A stretch of DNA of 32,000 nucleotides. Origin: Massilicoli timonensis (GTDB lineage: Bacteria > Bacillota_I > Bacilli_A > Erysipelotrichales > Erysipelotrichaceae). This document shows positions 1 through 7,406 of this stretch, in pieces. Each line of letters begins with the position of its first letter. Position 1 is the stretch's first letter. The stretch spans positions 1,173,272 through 1,205,271 of the forward strand of contig NZ_LT963434.1 of assembly GCF_900199515.1 (NCBI RefSeq). Direction: 5' to 3'. The notes beneath the pieces are model-generated. The model had not been told where the DNA came from. It saw only the letters and a list, made by a program, of their open reading frames with translations, and did no database searches. The position numbers were made by a program, and so were the translations under genes.

Positions 1-469
1 GTCCATCGCCCGGACCGGTAATGCTCATGATTCCGCCCATTGCCTGCACGATCGCATCATAAGCAGGACGTTTGGAGAACGGACCGCTGTGACCGAATCC
101 GGATACACAGGTATAAATGATTTCCGGATTGATCTTCTTCAGATCTTCATAGCCCATTCCCAGTTTTTCCATCGTTCCCGGCTTAAAGTTTTCCACAACG
201 ACATCAGCCTTCTTGATCAATTCTTTTACCAGTTCCACACCGTTAGGGTCTTTGGTATTGACCGTAATGCTCTTTTTGTTGCGGTTGATGCTCATGTAAT
301 AAGCACTTTCACCGTTCACATAAGGGCCGTATGCACGGGAATCATCACCGGTTCCCGGCATCTCAACTTTAATGACTTCTGCTCCGAAGTCTGCCAAGAT
401 CATCGTACAATATGGTCCTGACAATACACGTGTCAAATCGACGACTTTTACTCCCTCTAATGGCAGCAT
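1..469 (-). CDS. Family III CoA-transferase (CaiB/BaiF/Frc-like), N-terminal part; C-terminus lies beyond the window edge
   Basis: Absent from the ORF track because it runs off the window edge. My reverse-strand translation from the ATG at 469-467 reads [50 protein letters not shown]...[14 protein letters not shown]...[36 protein letters not shown]. This is the typical N-terminal signature of family III CoA-transferases. AAGGAGGT (reverse complement of 481-488) lies upstream. The + strand ORFs 89-421 and 372-590 are antisense shadows. Confidence 0.85.
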   Translation of the reverse strand, partial: MLPLEGVKVVDLTRVLSGPYCTMILADFGAEVIKVEMPGTGDDSRAYGPYVNGESAYYMSINRNKKSITVNTKDPNGVELVKELIKKADVVVENFKPGTMEKLGMGYEDLKKINPEIIYTCVSGFGHSGPFSKRPAYDAIVQAMGGIMSITGPGDG

Positions 470-758
470 AAAAAATTCTAACCTCCTTCTCGCATGTATA
501 TGGATACATGGCTTTTCTATAGTTAGAATTATAAAGACCTTAATAAAGGAACTAAACAGGATAAAAAACCGTTATAAAAGCATAAAATAAAGCCGTTATG
601 TAAAAAAATCACACAATTTTTCCATAAATTAGCAGAACTCTCTGTACGTTCTTTCAAATAATTTCCTTAATCAAAGGACATTTATATATTCAGTATGCGC
701 TTACATCTTTTTTTCATGCTTCACCTGACGAAAAAACCTGTAAAAATGCCGCTGTTAA

Positions 759-802
759 AGGTAAACCTATAAGTATCGTTCGGGTTTACTAAATGGTAAA
801 AT
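759..802 (+). promoter_or_regulatory. Putative BirA operator (bioO-like inverted repeat) overlapping an extended -10 promoter of birA-bioY
   Basis: Perfect inverted repeat GTAAACC (761-767) - 15 nt - GGTTTAC (783-789). It has the same half-site as the E. coli bioO palindrome (TGTAAACC...GGTTTACA). It is followed by TGGTAAAAT (794-802, TGnTAnAAT-type extended -10) and an AAATGAGGTG RBS before the birA ATG at 830. Confidence 0.6.
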
Positions 803-829
803 GTAGATGATAAGAAATGAGGTGCTGCT

Positions 830-1777
830 ATGCTGGTAATTGAATTATTGGAAAAAAGCAGAGGGCGTTATTTATCAGGAGAACTGATCGCACAATACTG
901 CGGCATTACCCGCGCTGCGGTCTGGAAACAGATCAAATCGTTGAAGGAGCAAGGCTATCAGATCGAAAGCCGCAAAGGTAAAGGCTATTGTCTGGCAAAT
1001 GACTGTGATATTCTGTCACAAGAAGCGATTTCCTCTTATTTGCATGATCCCTCTTTTCAGATCATTGTCAAATCTGAGGTTACTTCCACCAATGATGTAT
1101 TAAAAGAACTCGCTCAGCAGGGATATCCGGAAAAATGTGTATTGATCGCACAGACACAGACAAAAGGGAAAGGGAGAAAGGGACGTTCTTTCTATTCCCC
1201 AAATGATGATGGCTTATATATGAGCCTGCTGCTCAGACCAAAACAGCTCAAACCGGAAGACACGCTGCTGTTAAGCGCCCTCAGCGCCTGTGCCGTACAA
1301 AGCGGCATCAAGCGTGTTACCGGATTAGATACACAGATCAAATGGGTCAATGACATTTATCTGAAAGGGAAGAAGGTCTGCGGCATCTTATGTGAGGGAA
1401 GCTGTTCGATCGAAACAAATGAATTTGACTATATTATCGTCGGCATCGGCATCAACTGCCACAATACCACATTCCCACAGGACATTAAGGGAATTGCCGC
1501 TTCTTTGCAAAGTGCATCTTTCATACGGGCGAAGCTGGCAGCCGCGATCATTGCAGATTTTTTCAAAGATTATCAGACACTGCCAAATCGTGATTTTCTA
1601 TCACATTACCGTAAACACAGCTGTGTGATCGGCAAGATGATCCAAGTGTATCAGGGCAATCAGACTTATCCCGCAAAGGTGCTGGACATTGATGAACATG
1701 GCTATCTGATCATTGAAAAAGACGGTCACTTGGAAACGCTGAGCAGTGGGGAAATCACCATTCGCGTCAAGTCTTGA
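830..1777 (+). CDS. birA: Bifunctional biotin--[acetyl-CoA-carboxylase] ligase / biotin operon repressor
   Basis: 315 aa. It has an N-terminal winged-HTH region (ITRAAVWKQIKSLKEQGYQIES), the biotin-protein-ligase glycine/arginine loop GKGRKGRSFYSP, and KWVNDIYLKGKKVCGIL. A bioY gene follows immediately. Confidence 0.9.
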   Translation: MLVIELLEKSRGRYLSGELIAQYCGITRAAVWKQIKSLKEQGYQIESRKGKGYCLANDCDILSQEAISSYLHDPSFQIIVKSEVTSTNDVLKELAQQGYPEKCVLIAQTQTKGKGRKGRSFYSPNDDGLYMSLLLRPKQLKPEDTLLLSALSACAVQSGIKRVTGLDTQIKWVNDIYLKGKKVCGILCEGSCSIETNEFDYIIVGIGINCHNTTFPQDIKGIAASLQSASFIRAKLAAAIIADFFKDYQTLPNRDFLSHYRKHSCVIGKMIQVYQGNQTYPAKVLDIDEHGYLIIEKDGHLETLSSGEITIRVKS

Positions 1778-1816
1778 CCGTTTGCCTGATCATTTATTGA
1801 AGGAGGAACATGACAA

Positions 1817-2356
1817 ATGAAAACAAAAGATATGATCCAATGCACACTATGCTGTGTTTTAATGATTATCGGGGGACTCTTACATATTTCGATCGGACCG
1901 ATCCCTTTGACTTTGCAGGTCCTGATGCTTTGTATTACGGTATTTCTGCTTCAGAAACAAGCATGGATCAGCGTTGCCCTTTATATTGTGATGGGTTTGA
2001 TCGGACTGCCGGTATTTGCAAGCGGCGGCGGTTTCGGCTATGTCCTGTATCCGTCATTTGGTTTTTTGTTAGGCTTTTTGATTGCAGCCCTTATCGGCGG
2101 CTATCTCTATGCTTATTTGCTTCCTAAAACAAAGTTTGCGGCAATCATGACCGGCATTGCCATGGAAGCGGTTATCTATATTGTGGCGCTGCCGTATTTG
2201 TATGTCATCATGACAACGGTCATGGGAACGACGCTTACTGTTTCCACCTTATTTACCGCTTATTTTCTTACTTTTCTACCGGGAGATCTCGTATCTGTTT
2301 TCATCGCCGCATTGTTTATCCCCCGACTTGCCAAAGTGATAAAGCTACAAAAATAA
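1817..2356 (+). CDS. bioY: Biotin transporter BioY (ECF S-component type)
   Basis: 179 aa polytopic membrane protein with a BioY-like motif (GLPVFASGGGFGYVLYPSFGFLLGF). AGGAGG at 1801-1806 lies 10 nt before the ATG. The gene is linked to birA. The alternative-frame ORF 1810-2127 was rejected. Confidence 0.85.
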   Translation: MKTKDMIQCTLCCVLMIIGGLLHISIGPIPLTLQVLMLCITVFLLQKQAWISVALYIVMGLIGLPVFASGGGFGYVLYPSFGFLLGFLIAALIGGYLYAYLLPKTKFAAIMTGIAMEAVIYIVALPYLYVIMTTVMGTTLTVSTLFTAYFLTFLPGDLVSVFIAALFIPRLAKVIKLQK

Positions 2357-2478
2357 GATTGTATGATAATTCCTAATTTCAAAAAAAAAAGGCCACTGCT
2401 CGGGTAGCTTCCAATAAGACAGTATGAGAACCTTACTGACATAGGGTAGCTGCCGTACAGGGTGCGACAAGAAAAATT

Positions 2479-2516
2479 GGCGATACTTGGTTTTACAACC
2501 AGGTATCGCCTTTTTT
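2479..2516 (+). terminator. Rho-independent terminator
   Basis: 14-bp stem GGCGATACTTGGTT / AACCAGGTATCGCC (one G.U pair), loop TTAC, then TTTTTT (2511-2516). It lies about 120 nt after the bioY stop and just before tnpV. Confidence 0.75.
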
Positions 2517-2560
2517 CATCACTAACACTATTTTTGAACCTATGATTGGAGAGACATACG

Positions 2561-2911
2561 ATGCAAGAACTGAACTATATTCGTTGTGAAGACTACTACA
2601 TTCCCGATATTCGCTTGCCGGAGGGAAGCAGACCCATTGGTCGTTTTGGAAGGATGCACAGGGATTATCTCAAGGAGCATAACCCTATCCTATTTGATAC
2701 TCTGTGCCTTGACAGTACGCTTTGGACTTATTTGGCTGATTTGAACGAGCAGGCGCAAAACCGTCTTGAAGTCATTATTGAGCAGATAAATGCCGTAGAG
2801 GGAGTGACAGAGGAATTGAAAGCTGCTGACCAAATGGCATGAGTTGGTGCCATGAACAGTATTTGCAATCGTGCTGAAGAAATCATAAAATCCGAGATGA
2901 TTCATTGCTAA
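2561..2911 (+). pseudogene. tnpV: TnpV-family transposon protein interrupted by an in-frame TGA (Trp codon TGG to TGA)
   Basis: The frame from ATG 2561 (GGAGAG RBS at 2548-2553) reads MQELNYIRCEDYYIPDIRLPEGSRPIGRFGRMHRDYLKEHNPILFDTLCLDSTLWTYLADLNEQAQNRLE...ELKAADQMA, then TGA (2840-2842). It continues open in the same frame as VGAMNSICNRAEEIIKSEMIHC to TAA at 2909-2911. The PIGxxGxxHxxYLKEH...YLADxxxQAQ pattern and the tail after an expected Trp match my memory of Tn4451-type TnpV. Confidence 0.7.
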
Positions 2912-2923
2912 ATGAATCAAACA

Positions 2924-2967
2924 AAGCAAGTGATGTTTGGCAAATGTTAGACATCACTTGCTTTTTA
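2924..2967 (+). terminator. Rho-independent terminator after the full-length (read-through) tnpV frame
   Basis: Perfect 13-bp stem AAGCAAGTGATGT (2924-2936) / ACATCACTTGCTT (2951-2963) followed by a T run. It sits after 2911 rather than after 2842. This supports 2911 as the original gene end. Confidence 0.8.
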
Positions 2968-3040
2968 CCTATCTAAAAGATATTATGGATAACACAGGCT
3001 TTGTTCACTGTAAAAAGTGTAATTACTTTTCTAAAATTCG

Positions 3041-3069
3041 TTGCATTTTTTGTAATTCCGCGATATACT
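3041..3069 (+). promoter_or_regulatory. Sigma-A-type promoter of the AAA+ ATPase gene
   Basis: TTGCAT (3041-3046), a 17-nt spacer, then TATACT (3064-3069), about 30 nt upstream of the ATG at 3101. Confidence 0.5.
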
Positions 3070-3100
3070 ATATTTGCATTATACTAACGGAGGTGCGTGT

Positions 3101-4399
3101 ATGTACCGAATTGCAATTGAAAAATTGTTAAAATGGAAACAAAACAAACGCCGCAAGCCTTTAATCATCGAAGGTGCACGTCAAGTCGGCAAGACCTGGC
3201 TGATGAAAGAATTTGGTAGGCAGGCGTATGCGGACACAGTATATATCAATTTTGACTCCAATTCCAGAATGGCGGAGTTGTTTGCCTCCGACTTGGATAC
3301 CGACCGTTTGATTATGGGGCTGGAGCTGTATGCAGGTCACAAAATTGATCCGAACAATTCTCTACTGATTTTTGATGAAGTGCAGGAAGTTCCAAGAGCG
3401 TTGGCATCTCTTAAATACTTTTATGAAAATGCACCGCAGTATCACATTGTGTGCGCCGGTTCGCTGCTCGGCATTGCCTTACATCAAGGCACGTCTTTTC
3501 CTGTTGGCAAGGTGGATTTCTTAAAACTGTATCCTCTTTCCTTTAAGGAGTTTTTGATGGCAACCGATAAGGAGCGTTTTGCTGAGCTTCTTGATAAGCA
3601 AGACTTCGATATGGTTACAAGATTTAAGCAAACGTATATTGATGCCTTGAAATATTACTACTTTGTTGGCGGTATGCCCGAAGCCGTGCAGAGCTTTGCG
3701 GAAAATAAAGACTTTAACGAGGTTCGTGAAATTCAAAAACGAATCCTCGCTGCCTATGAACAGGATTTCTCTAAGCACGCTCCAAACGAAATTGTTCCAA
3801 GACTTCGTATGTTGTGGAACAGTATTCCTTCCCAACTTGCCAAGGAAAACAAAAAGTTTATCTACGGTCTTGTTCGTGAAGGCGCTCGTGCAAAAGAGTA
3901 CGAGACTGCTATTATGTGGCTCAGTGATTGTGGTTTGGTTCATAAAGTTAGCCGAGTCAATGCGGCGAGAATCCCTTTACGTGCGTATGAGGACTTGAAA
4001 GCATTTAAGCTGTTTGTGGTGGATGTTGGACTCCTTGGCTGTATGGTGGGACTTCGACAGCGCACCTTGCTTGATGGTAACGACCTGTTTGTAGAGTTCA
4101 AGGGCGCTCTTACAGAGCAATATGTTTGTCAGCAGCTAAAAACCATCGAAGGCTTGGATGTTTACTATTACACCAACGACAGGGGTTCCTGCGAGGTTGA
4201 TTTTGTCGTTGATACGGGTGAGCAGATTGTTCCTATTGAAGTAAAAGCAGAAGTAAACCTCAGAGCTAAGAGTTTGAAAACCTATCAAGAAAAATTCTCA
4301 CCCGAAATTTCTGTTCGTACATCTATGTCGGACTACAAAAAAGAAGAATGGCTCGTTAATCTGCCGCTGTATGCGATAGATCAGATTGACAAGATATAA
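3101..4399 (+). CDS. AAA+ ATPase with C-terminal DUF4143 / PD-(D/E)xK-like domain (COG1373-type ATP-binding protein)
   Basis: The track ORF starts at TTG 3074. ATG 3101 behind the GGAGGTG RBS (3089-3095) is more likely. Walker A is GARQVGKTW and Walker B is LLIFDEVQ. The C-terminal CEVDFVVDTGEQIVPIEVKAE resembles a restriction-endonuclease-fold D...(E)xK core. Confidence 0.8.
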   Translation: MYRIAIEKLLKWKQNKRRKPLIIEGARQVGKTWLMKEFGRQAYADTVYINFDSNSRMAELFASDLDTDRLIMGLELYAGHKIDPNNSLLIFDEVQEVPRALASLKYFYENAPQYHIVCAGSLLGIALHQGTSFPVGKVDFLKLYPLSFKEFLMATDKERFAELLDKQDFDMVTRFKQTYIDALKYYYFVGGMPEAVQSFAENKDFNEVREIQKRILAAYEQDFSKHAPNEIVPRLRMLWNSIPSQLAKENKKFIYGLVREGARAKEYETAIMWLSDCGLVHKVSRVNAARIPLRAYEDLKAFKLFVVDVGLLGCMVGLRQRTLLDGNDLFVEFKGALTEQYVCQQLKTIEGLDVYYYTNDRGSCEVDFVVDTGEQIVPIEVKAEVNLRAKSLKTYQEKFSPEISVRTSMSDYKKEEWLVNLPLYAIDQIDKI

Positions 4400-4413
4400 C
4401 GGTGGGAACAGTT

Positions 4414-4743
4414 ATGAGCATTAAACAACTATCTTCCGACGGCAAAATTGCTTATTTGATTAAACCAATATAGAAACTCTTACAGGAAGCCGGCGCTCAG
4501 TTAGAGCGTTCTGAAATAAAAGCTCGTATTTCTGATTTGGATGACCAAATTGCGGAATTTGCCGAAATTGAAAAGAAATCCAAGAAAACTGGAAACACCT
4601 ATAAGGAATTTAATTTCAAGTTCAATTTTGCGATTAAAGATTTGTTCTTGATCGGCTTGTTGACGTATACGGATACTTCTCCAATCCGGCAACCTTTTTT
4701 ACGGCTTCAAAATAGTTTTTCTGCGATTATCTGCCACTTCTAA
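4414..4743 (+). pseudogene. Decayed ORF remnant of unknown family (in-frame TAG; 3' end runs antisense into the neighbouring gene)
   Basis: ATG 4414 gives MSIKQLSSDGKIAYLIKPI, then TAG (4471-4473). The same frame continues as KLLQEAGAQLERSEIKARISDLDDQIAEFAEIEKKSKKTGNTYKEF... with coiled-coil-like character. Its last ~45 nt overlap the convergent gene 4699-5241. I recognise no family. Confidence 0.3.
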
Positions 4744-5241
4744 CAGATGAAACGCATCGCCAGCCATTGTAAGATACTGACCGACATTTCGATAATCATC
4801 ATTGGGGATCAGCTGTAATTCTTTATCATCTTGTCCAATGATATGCCAATTATATACGGTTCTGCTGTGATTTCTGGCTACGATTATCCTTTTCTTTAAT
4901 TGTATGCTTTTGATTTCATCATAGGCGATCTTCTTTTCGATCCCTTTACGGGTTATGACAAAGATGCCGTATTCATAAAAATCAATGCGATCCTTCATGC
5001 AAAGCAGCGCGAACACAGCTGCGGCAAAGAATACGATGCCCAGCATAATGAGCAAATAACTGCCTGCACCGGCAATTTGTCCCTGCACGCCGGCTAATAT
5101 ACAGAAAAATCCCAATACAGCAAATAAGATCGCACCGGCTAACAGCCATGTCGTATCTCCCTTGCAGGAGGCGATCAAGCCCCCAAAAACCTCGTCATGC
5201 ACCTGTGTTGTATGAGGTGCTGTCAGCTTTCTTCGATACAT
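4699..5241 (-). CDS. Hypothetical membrane protein (two TM helices followed by a small cytoplasmic beta-rich, PH-like domain)
   Basis: 180 aa with two long hydrophobic stretches (WLLAGAILFAVLGFFCILAG; SYLLIMLGIVFFAAAVFALLC). A strong AAGGAGGA RBS lies inside the 3' end of the upstream gene. It overlaps that gene by 19 nt. Confidence 0.65.
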   Translation of the reverse strand: MYRRKLTAPHTTQVHDEVFGGLIASCKGDTTWLLAGAILFAVLGFFCILAGVQGQIAGAGSYLLIMLGIVFFAAAVFALLCMKDRIDFYEYGIFVITRKGIEKKIAYDEIKSIQLKKRIIVARNHSRTVYNWHIIGQDDKELQLIPNDDYRNVGQYLTMAGDAFHLLEVADNRRKTILKP

Positions 5242-5672
5242 GCTGCTTCCTCCTTCTTGCCCTGATCGATTTCCGCAATCAAGTTTTCTAAATATTCCTC
5301 ATGTCCGCTGAAATTACAGATCTTCCCGATTTCCTGCAGCAGCTGTGCTTTTTCTTCTTTTCCCTCTTTTTTTGCGCTCCATGTTCGGATCATCTCAAAA
5401 ACACGTTCTAAATGATGCTGAGTGGGAAAGCGTGCATAGCGTTCTTTATATTCCTTGGCAGCCGTTTTATCGATCTGGGTTCCTCGCATACAGCTTGAAC
5501 AGCCGATAAAATAAGATTTGGTAAACTGTATGATCGGAATGTAGAAAATACTGAAATAGCGTACCTGACGAAAAAGATAATAATGCGTATAGCCGTCGCA
5601 GTTTGCATAAGGGCGCAAACCCAGATAAGTGCTTTTCTTTACTTTTGTTCCCCAACTGTAAAGGATCATCAT
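5223..5672 (-). CDS. Hypothetical protein, zinc_ribbon_15-like N-terminus plus helical C-terminal half
   Basis: 149 aa with an AAGGAGGGG RBS before ATGATG. The N-terminal pattern YSWGTK...C.G......YFSIFYIPIIQF...Y..CSSC resembles the small zinc-ribbon family in which a hydrophobic hairpin separates Cys pairs. This is a pattern-level call only. Confidence 0.55.
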   Translation of the reverse strand: MMILYSWGTKVKKSTYLGLRPYANCDGYTHYYLFRQVRYFSIFYIPIIQFTKSYFIGCSSCMRGTQIDKTAAKEYKERYARFPTQHHLERVFEMIRTWSAKKEGKEEKAQLLQEIGKICNFSGHEEYLENLIAEIDQGKKEEAACIEES

Positions 5673-5875
5673 AGAAATCCCCTCCTTTTTATTATGAACG
5701 ATCGATCATATTCCCATTTATTTCATTACATTGATACCGTTATGCCTATACGTCTTTTTCATCCTCCGGATACACTTTTCTCTTGCTTAATCTCGTCTTG
5801 TTTTATCCTTCCCTCCTTTCAGTCTGTCACAAAACGAGTTTTTCTCGATTATATCGGCTTTCCCCCTTTGCGCGA

Positions 5876-6367
5876 TCATTGCCATTTTACATCGCTTAAA
5901 TCTGCCAGATAGTGCATATTTCTTCTTTCTTTGTGTTCCAAAAAAGTATTGGGCAGCGAAGCATACGCATCACATAGCTCTTCACCGGTAAAGGCAAAAT
6001 GAAACGGACCCGGCGCTTTCCCCTCTTCGACGATCACACATTTGGTAAAGTGATAAAAGATCTTGAGTTTCCCCTCAGTATAAGTATCCGCTTCTCCTAA
6101 TAATGTTTCACATAAGCGAAATAACTGACGCTTGTCGATATTGCTGCGAAAGATCACACAGTATAAATCGTGATAAGGCAAAAATACCGCCTGTTCGGTA
6201 ACAAATGAATCAGCGATGATCTTAGCGATGCGCTGTTTCAGCGTTGCCGCATAATCGCGCCGCAATAATTCCTCATTGCCAAAACCGAAATACAGCGCAA
6301 ATACCTTCGAGCCGTTTTTGTATTTATAGACCGGTTCGGGAATCGTAATTTTTAATAACTTCATCAT
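5876..6367 (-). CDS. Hypothetical protein, distal gene of the citrate synthase-isocitrate dehydrogenase operon
   Basis: The track gives a GTG start at 6373. ATG at 6367 or 6364 behind GAGGTGG is more likely. It lies 19 nt downstream of the icd stop on the same strand. I recognise no confident family. Confidence 0.6.
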   Translation of the reverse strand: MMKLLKITIPEPVYKYKNGSKVFALYFGFGNEELLRRDYAATLKQRIAKIIADSFVTEQAVFLPYHDLYCVIFRSNIDKRQLFRLCETLLGEADTYTEGKLKIFYHFTKCVIVEEGKAPGPFHFAFTGEELCDAYASLPNTFLEHKERRNMHYLADLSDVKWQ

Positions 6368-6392
6368 ATCCACCTCGATTGCCTTTACTATA

Positions 6393-7388
6393 TCATAAAC
6401 AGGCTAAAATAGCATCCGCAAACTGTGTGGTCGTTGCGGTTCCGCCCAGATCTTTGGTGCGTACTTTTTCTTCTTGCAAAACTTTGTCGATCGCATCTGT
6501 TATCCGTTTTGCTTCTTTTGGATAGCCAATATGTTCCAGCATGAAGCAAGATGCCAGCAGCAGCGCCAATGGATTGGCACAGTTTTGCCCGGCAATATCC
6601 GGTGCACTGCCATGTACCGCTTCAAAAATAGCATAGTCGTTCCCAATATTGGCAGACGGCAATACTCCCAGCCCGCCGATCAAGCCGCTGGTAAGATCAG
6701 ATAACAAATCGCCGTATAAATTCGGCATTACCATGACATCAAAGCGATGGGGATCCATGACCAGCTGCATACAGGCATTGTCAACGATCAGATCTTCGCT
6801 TTCGATCATCGGATACGCTTGGGCAATCTCTTGAAAACAGGATAAAAACAAACCATCGCTTTTCTTTAAGATATTCGCCTTATGCACACAGGTTACCTTA
6901 TGTCGCCCTTTGGCACAGGCATAGTCAAAAGCGGCGCGAATGATGCGCTCGCTCGCATGGCGAGTGATCTTTTTGATCGCATGCACCTCATCATCACTGA
7001 TCACGATTTCTTCTCCGGTGTAAAGATCTTCGGTATTTTCCCGAAAGATCACGATATCCACATCACAAAATGGTGTCTTGATCTTTGGCAAAGAGTGTGC
7101 GGGGCGAATGTTTGCGTAAAGATCATAACGCTGGCGCAGCTGCACATTGACGGAACGAAATCCTTTTCCGATCGGTGTTGTGATCGGCGCTTTTAATACC
7201 ACACGATTTTTCTTGATTGAATCATGGACTGCCTGCGGGATCAATTCCCCACAGTTCGCAAACGCGTTCATACCTGCATCAAACACTTCAAATGTGAGCG
7301 GCAGCTTTAGTGCATGCAAGATCCGCAGTACCGCTTCCGTGATTTCCGGGCCGATGCCATCGCCTCTTAATACCGTTATCGTTTTCAT
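6393..7388 (-). CDS. icd: Isocitrate dehydrogenase (isocitrate/isopropylmalate dehydrogenase family, short ~330-aa type)
   Basis: 331 aa. The N-terminus is MKTITVLRGDGIGPEI and the family motif NLYGDLLSDLTSGLIGGLG is present. The substrate assignment rests on context, between citrate synthase and divergent aconitase. Confidence 0.75.
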   Translation of the reverse strand: MKTITVLRGDGIGPEITEAVLRILHALKLPLTFEVFDAGMNAFANCGELIPQAVHDSIKKNRVVLKAPITTPIGKGFRSVNVQLRQRYDLYANIRPAHSLPKIKTPFCDVDIVIFRENTEDLYTGEEIVISDDEVHAIKKITRHASERIIRAAFDYACAKGRHKVTCVHKANILKKSDGLFLSCFQEIAQAYPMIESEDLIVDNACMQLVMDPHRFDVMVMPNLYGDLLSDLTSGLIGGLGVLPSANIGNDYAIFEAVHGSAPDIAGQNCANPLALLLASCFMLEHIGYPKEAKRITDAIDKVLQEEKVRTKDLGGTATTTQFADAILACL

Positions 7389-7406
7389 GCTTTTCCCTCC
7401 ATCCTG

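Noticed and set aside
89-590. Track ORFs 89-421 (+) and 372-590 (+)
   Set aside because: They are antisense or overlapping to the CoA-transferase gene on the minus strand, which has a clear family signature and RBS. The + strand products have no recognisable features.
570-606. Direct repeat CCGTTAT(A/G) spaced about 23 nt apart, upstream of the CoA-transferase gene
   Set aside because: It is a short 7-mer repeat in AT-rich intergenic DNA with no symmetry or recognisable regulator motif. It cannot be distinguished from chance by eye.
1810-2127. 105-aa ORF overlapping bioY in another frame
   Set aside because: Its ATG is only 3 nt from the AGGAGG box. The 1817 frame gives a coherent polytopic BioY-like protein, whereas this frame gives a Cys/Arg-rich non-membrane sequence.
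2840-2842. Idea that TGA encodes Trp (genetic code 4) because it replaces an expected Trp in tnpV
   Set aside because: birA (1775-1777), icd (6393-6395, minus strand) and aconitase (10803-10805) terminate at TGA at the expected protein ends. TGA is therefore a stop here, and the tnpV TGA is a point nonsense mutation.
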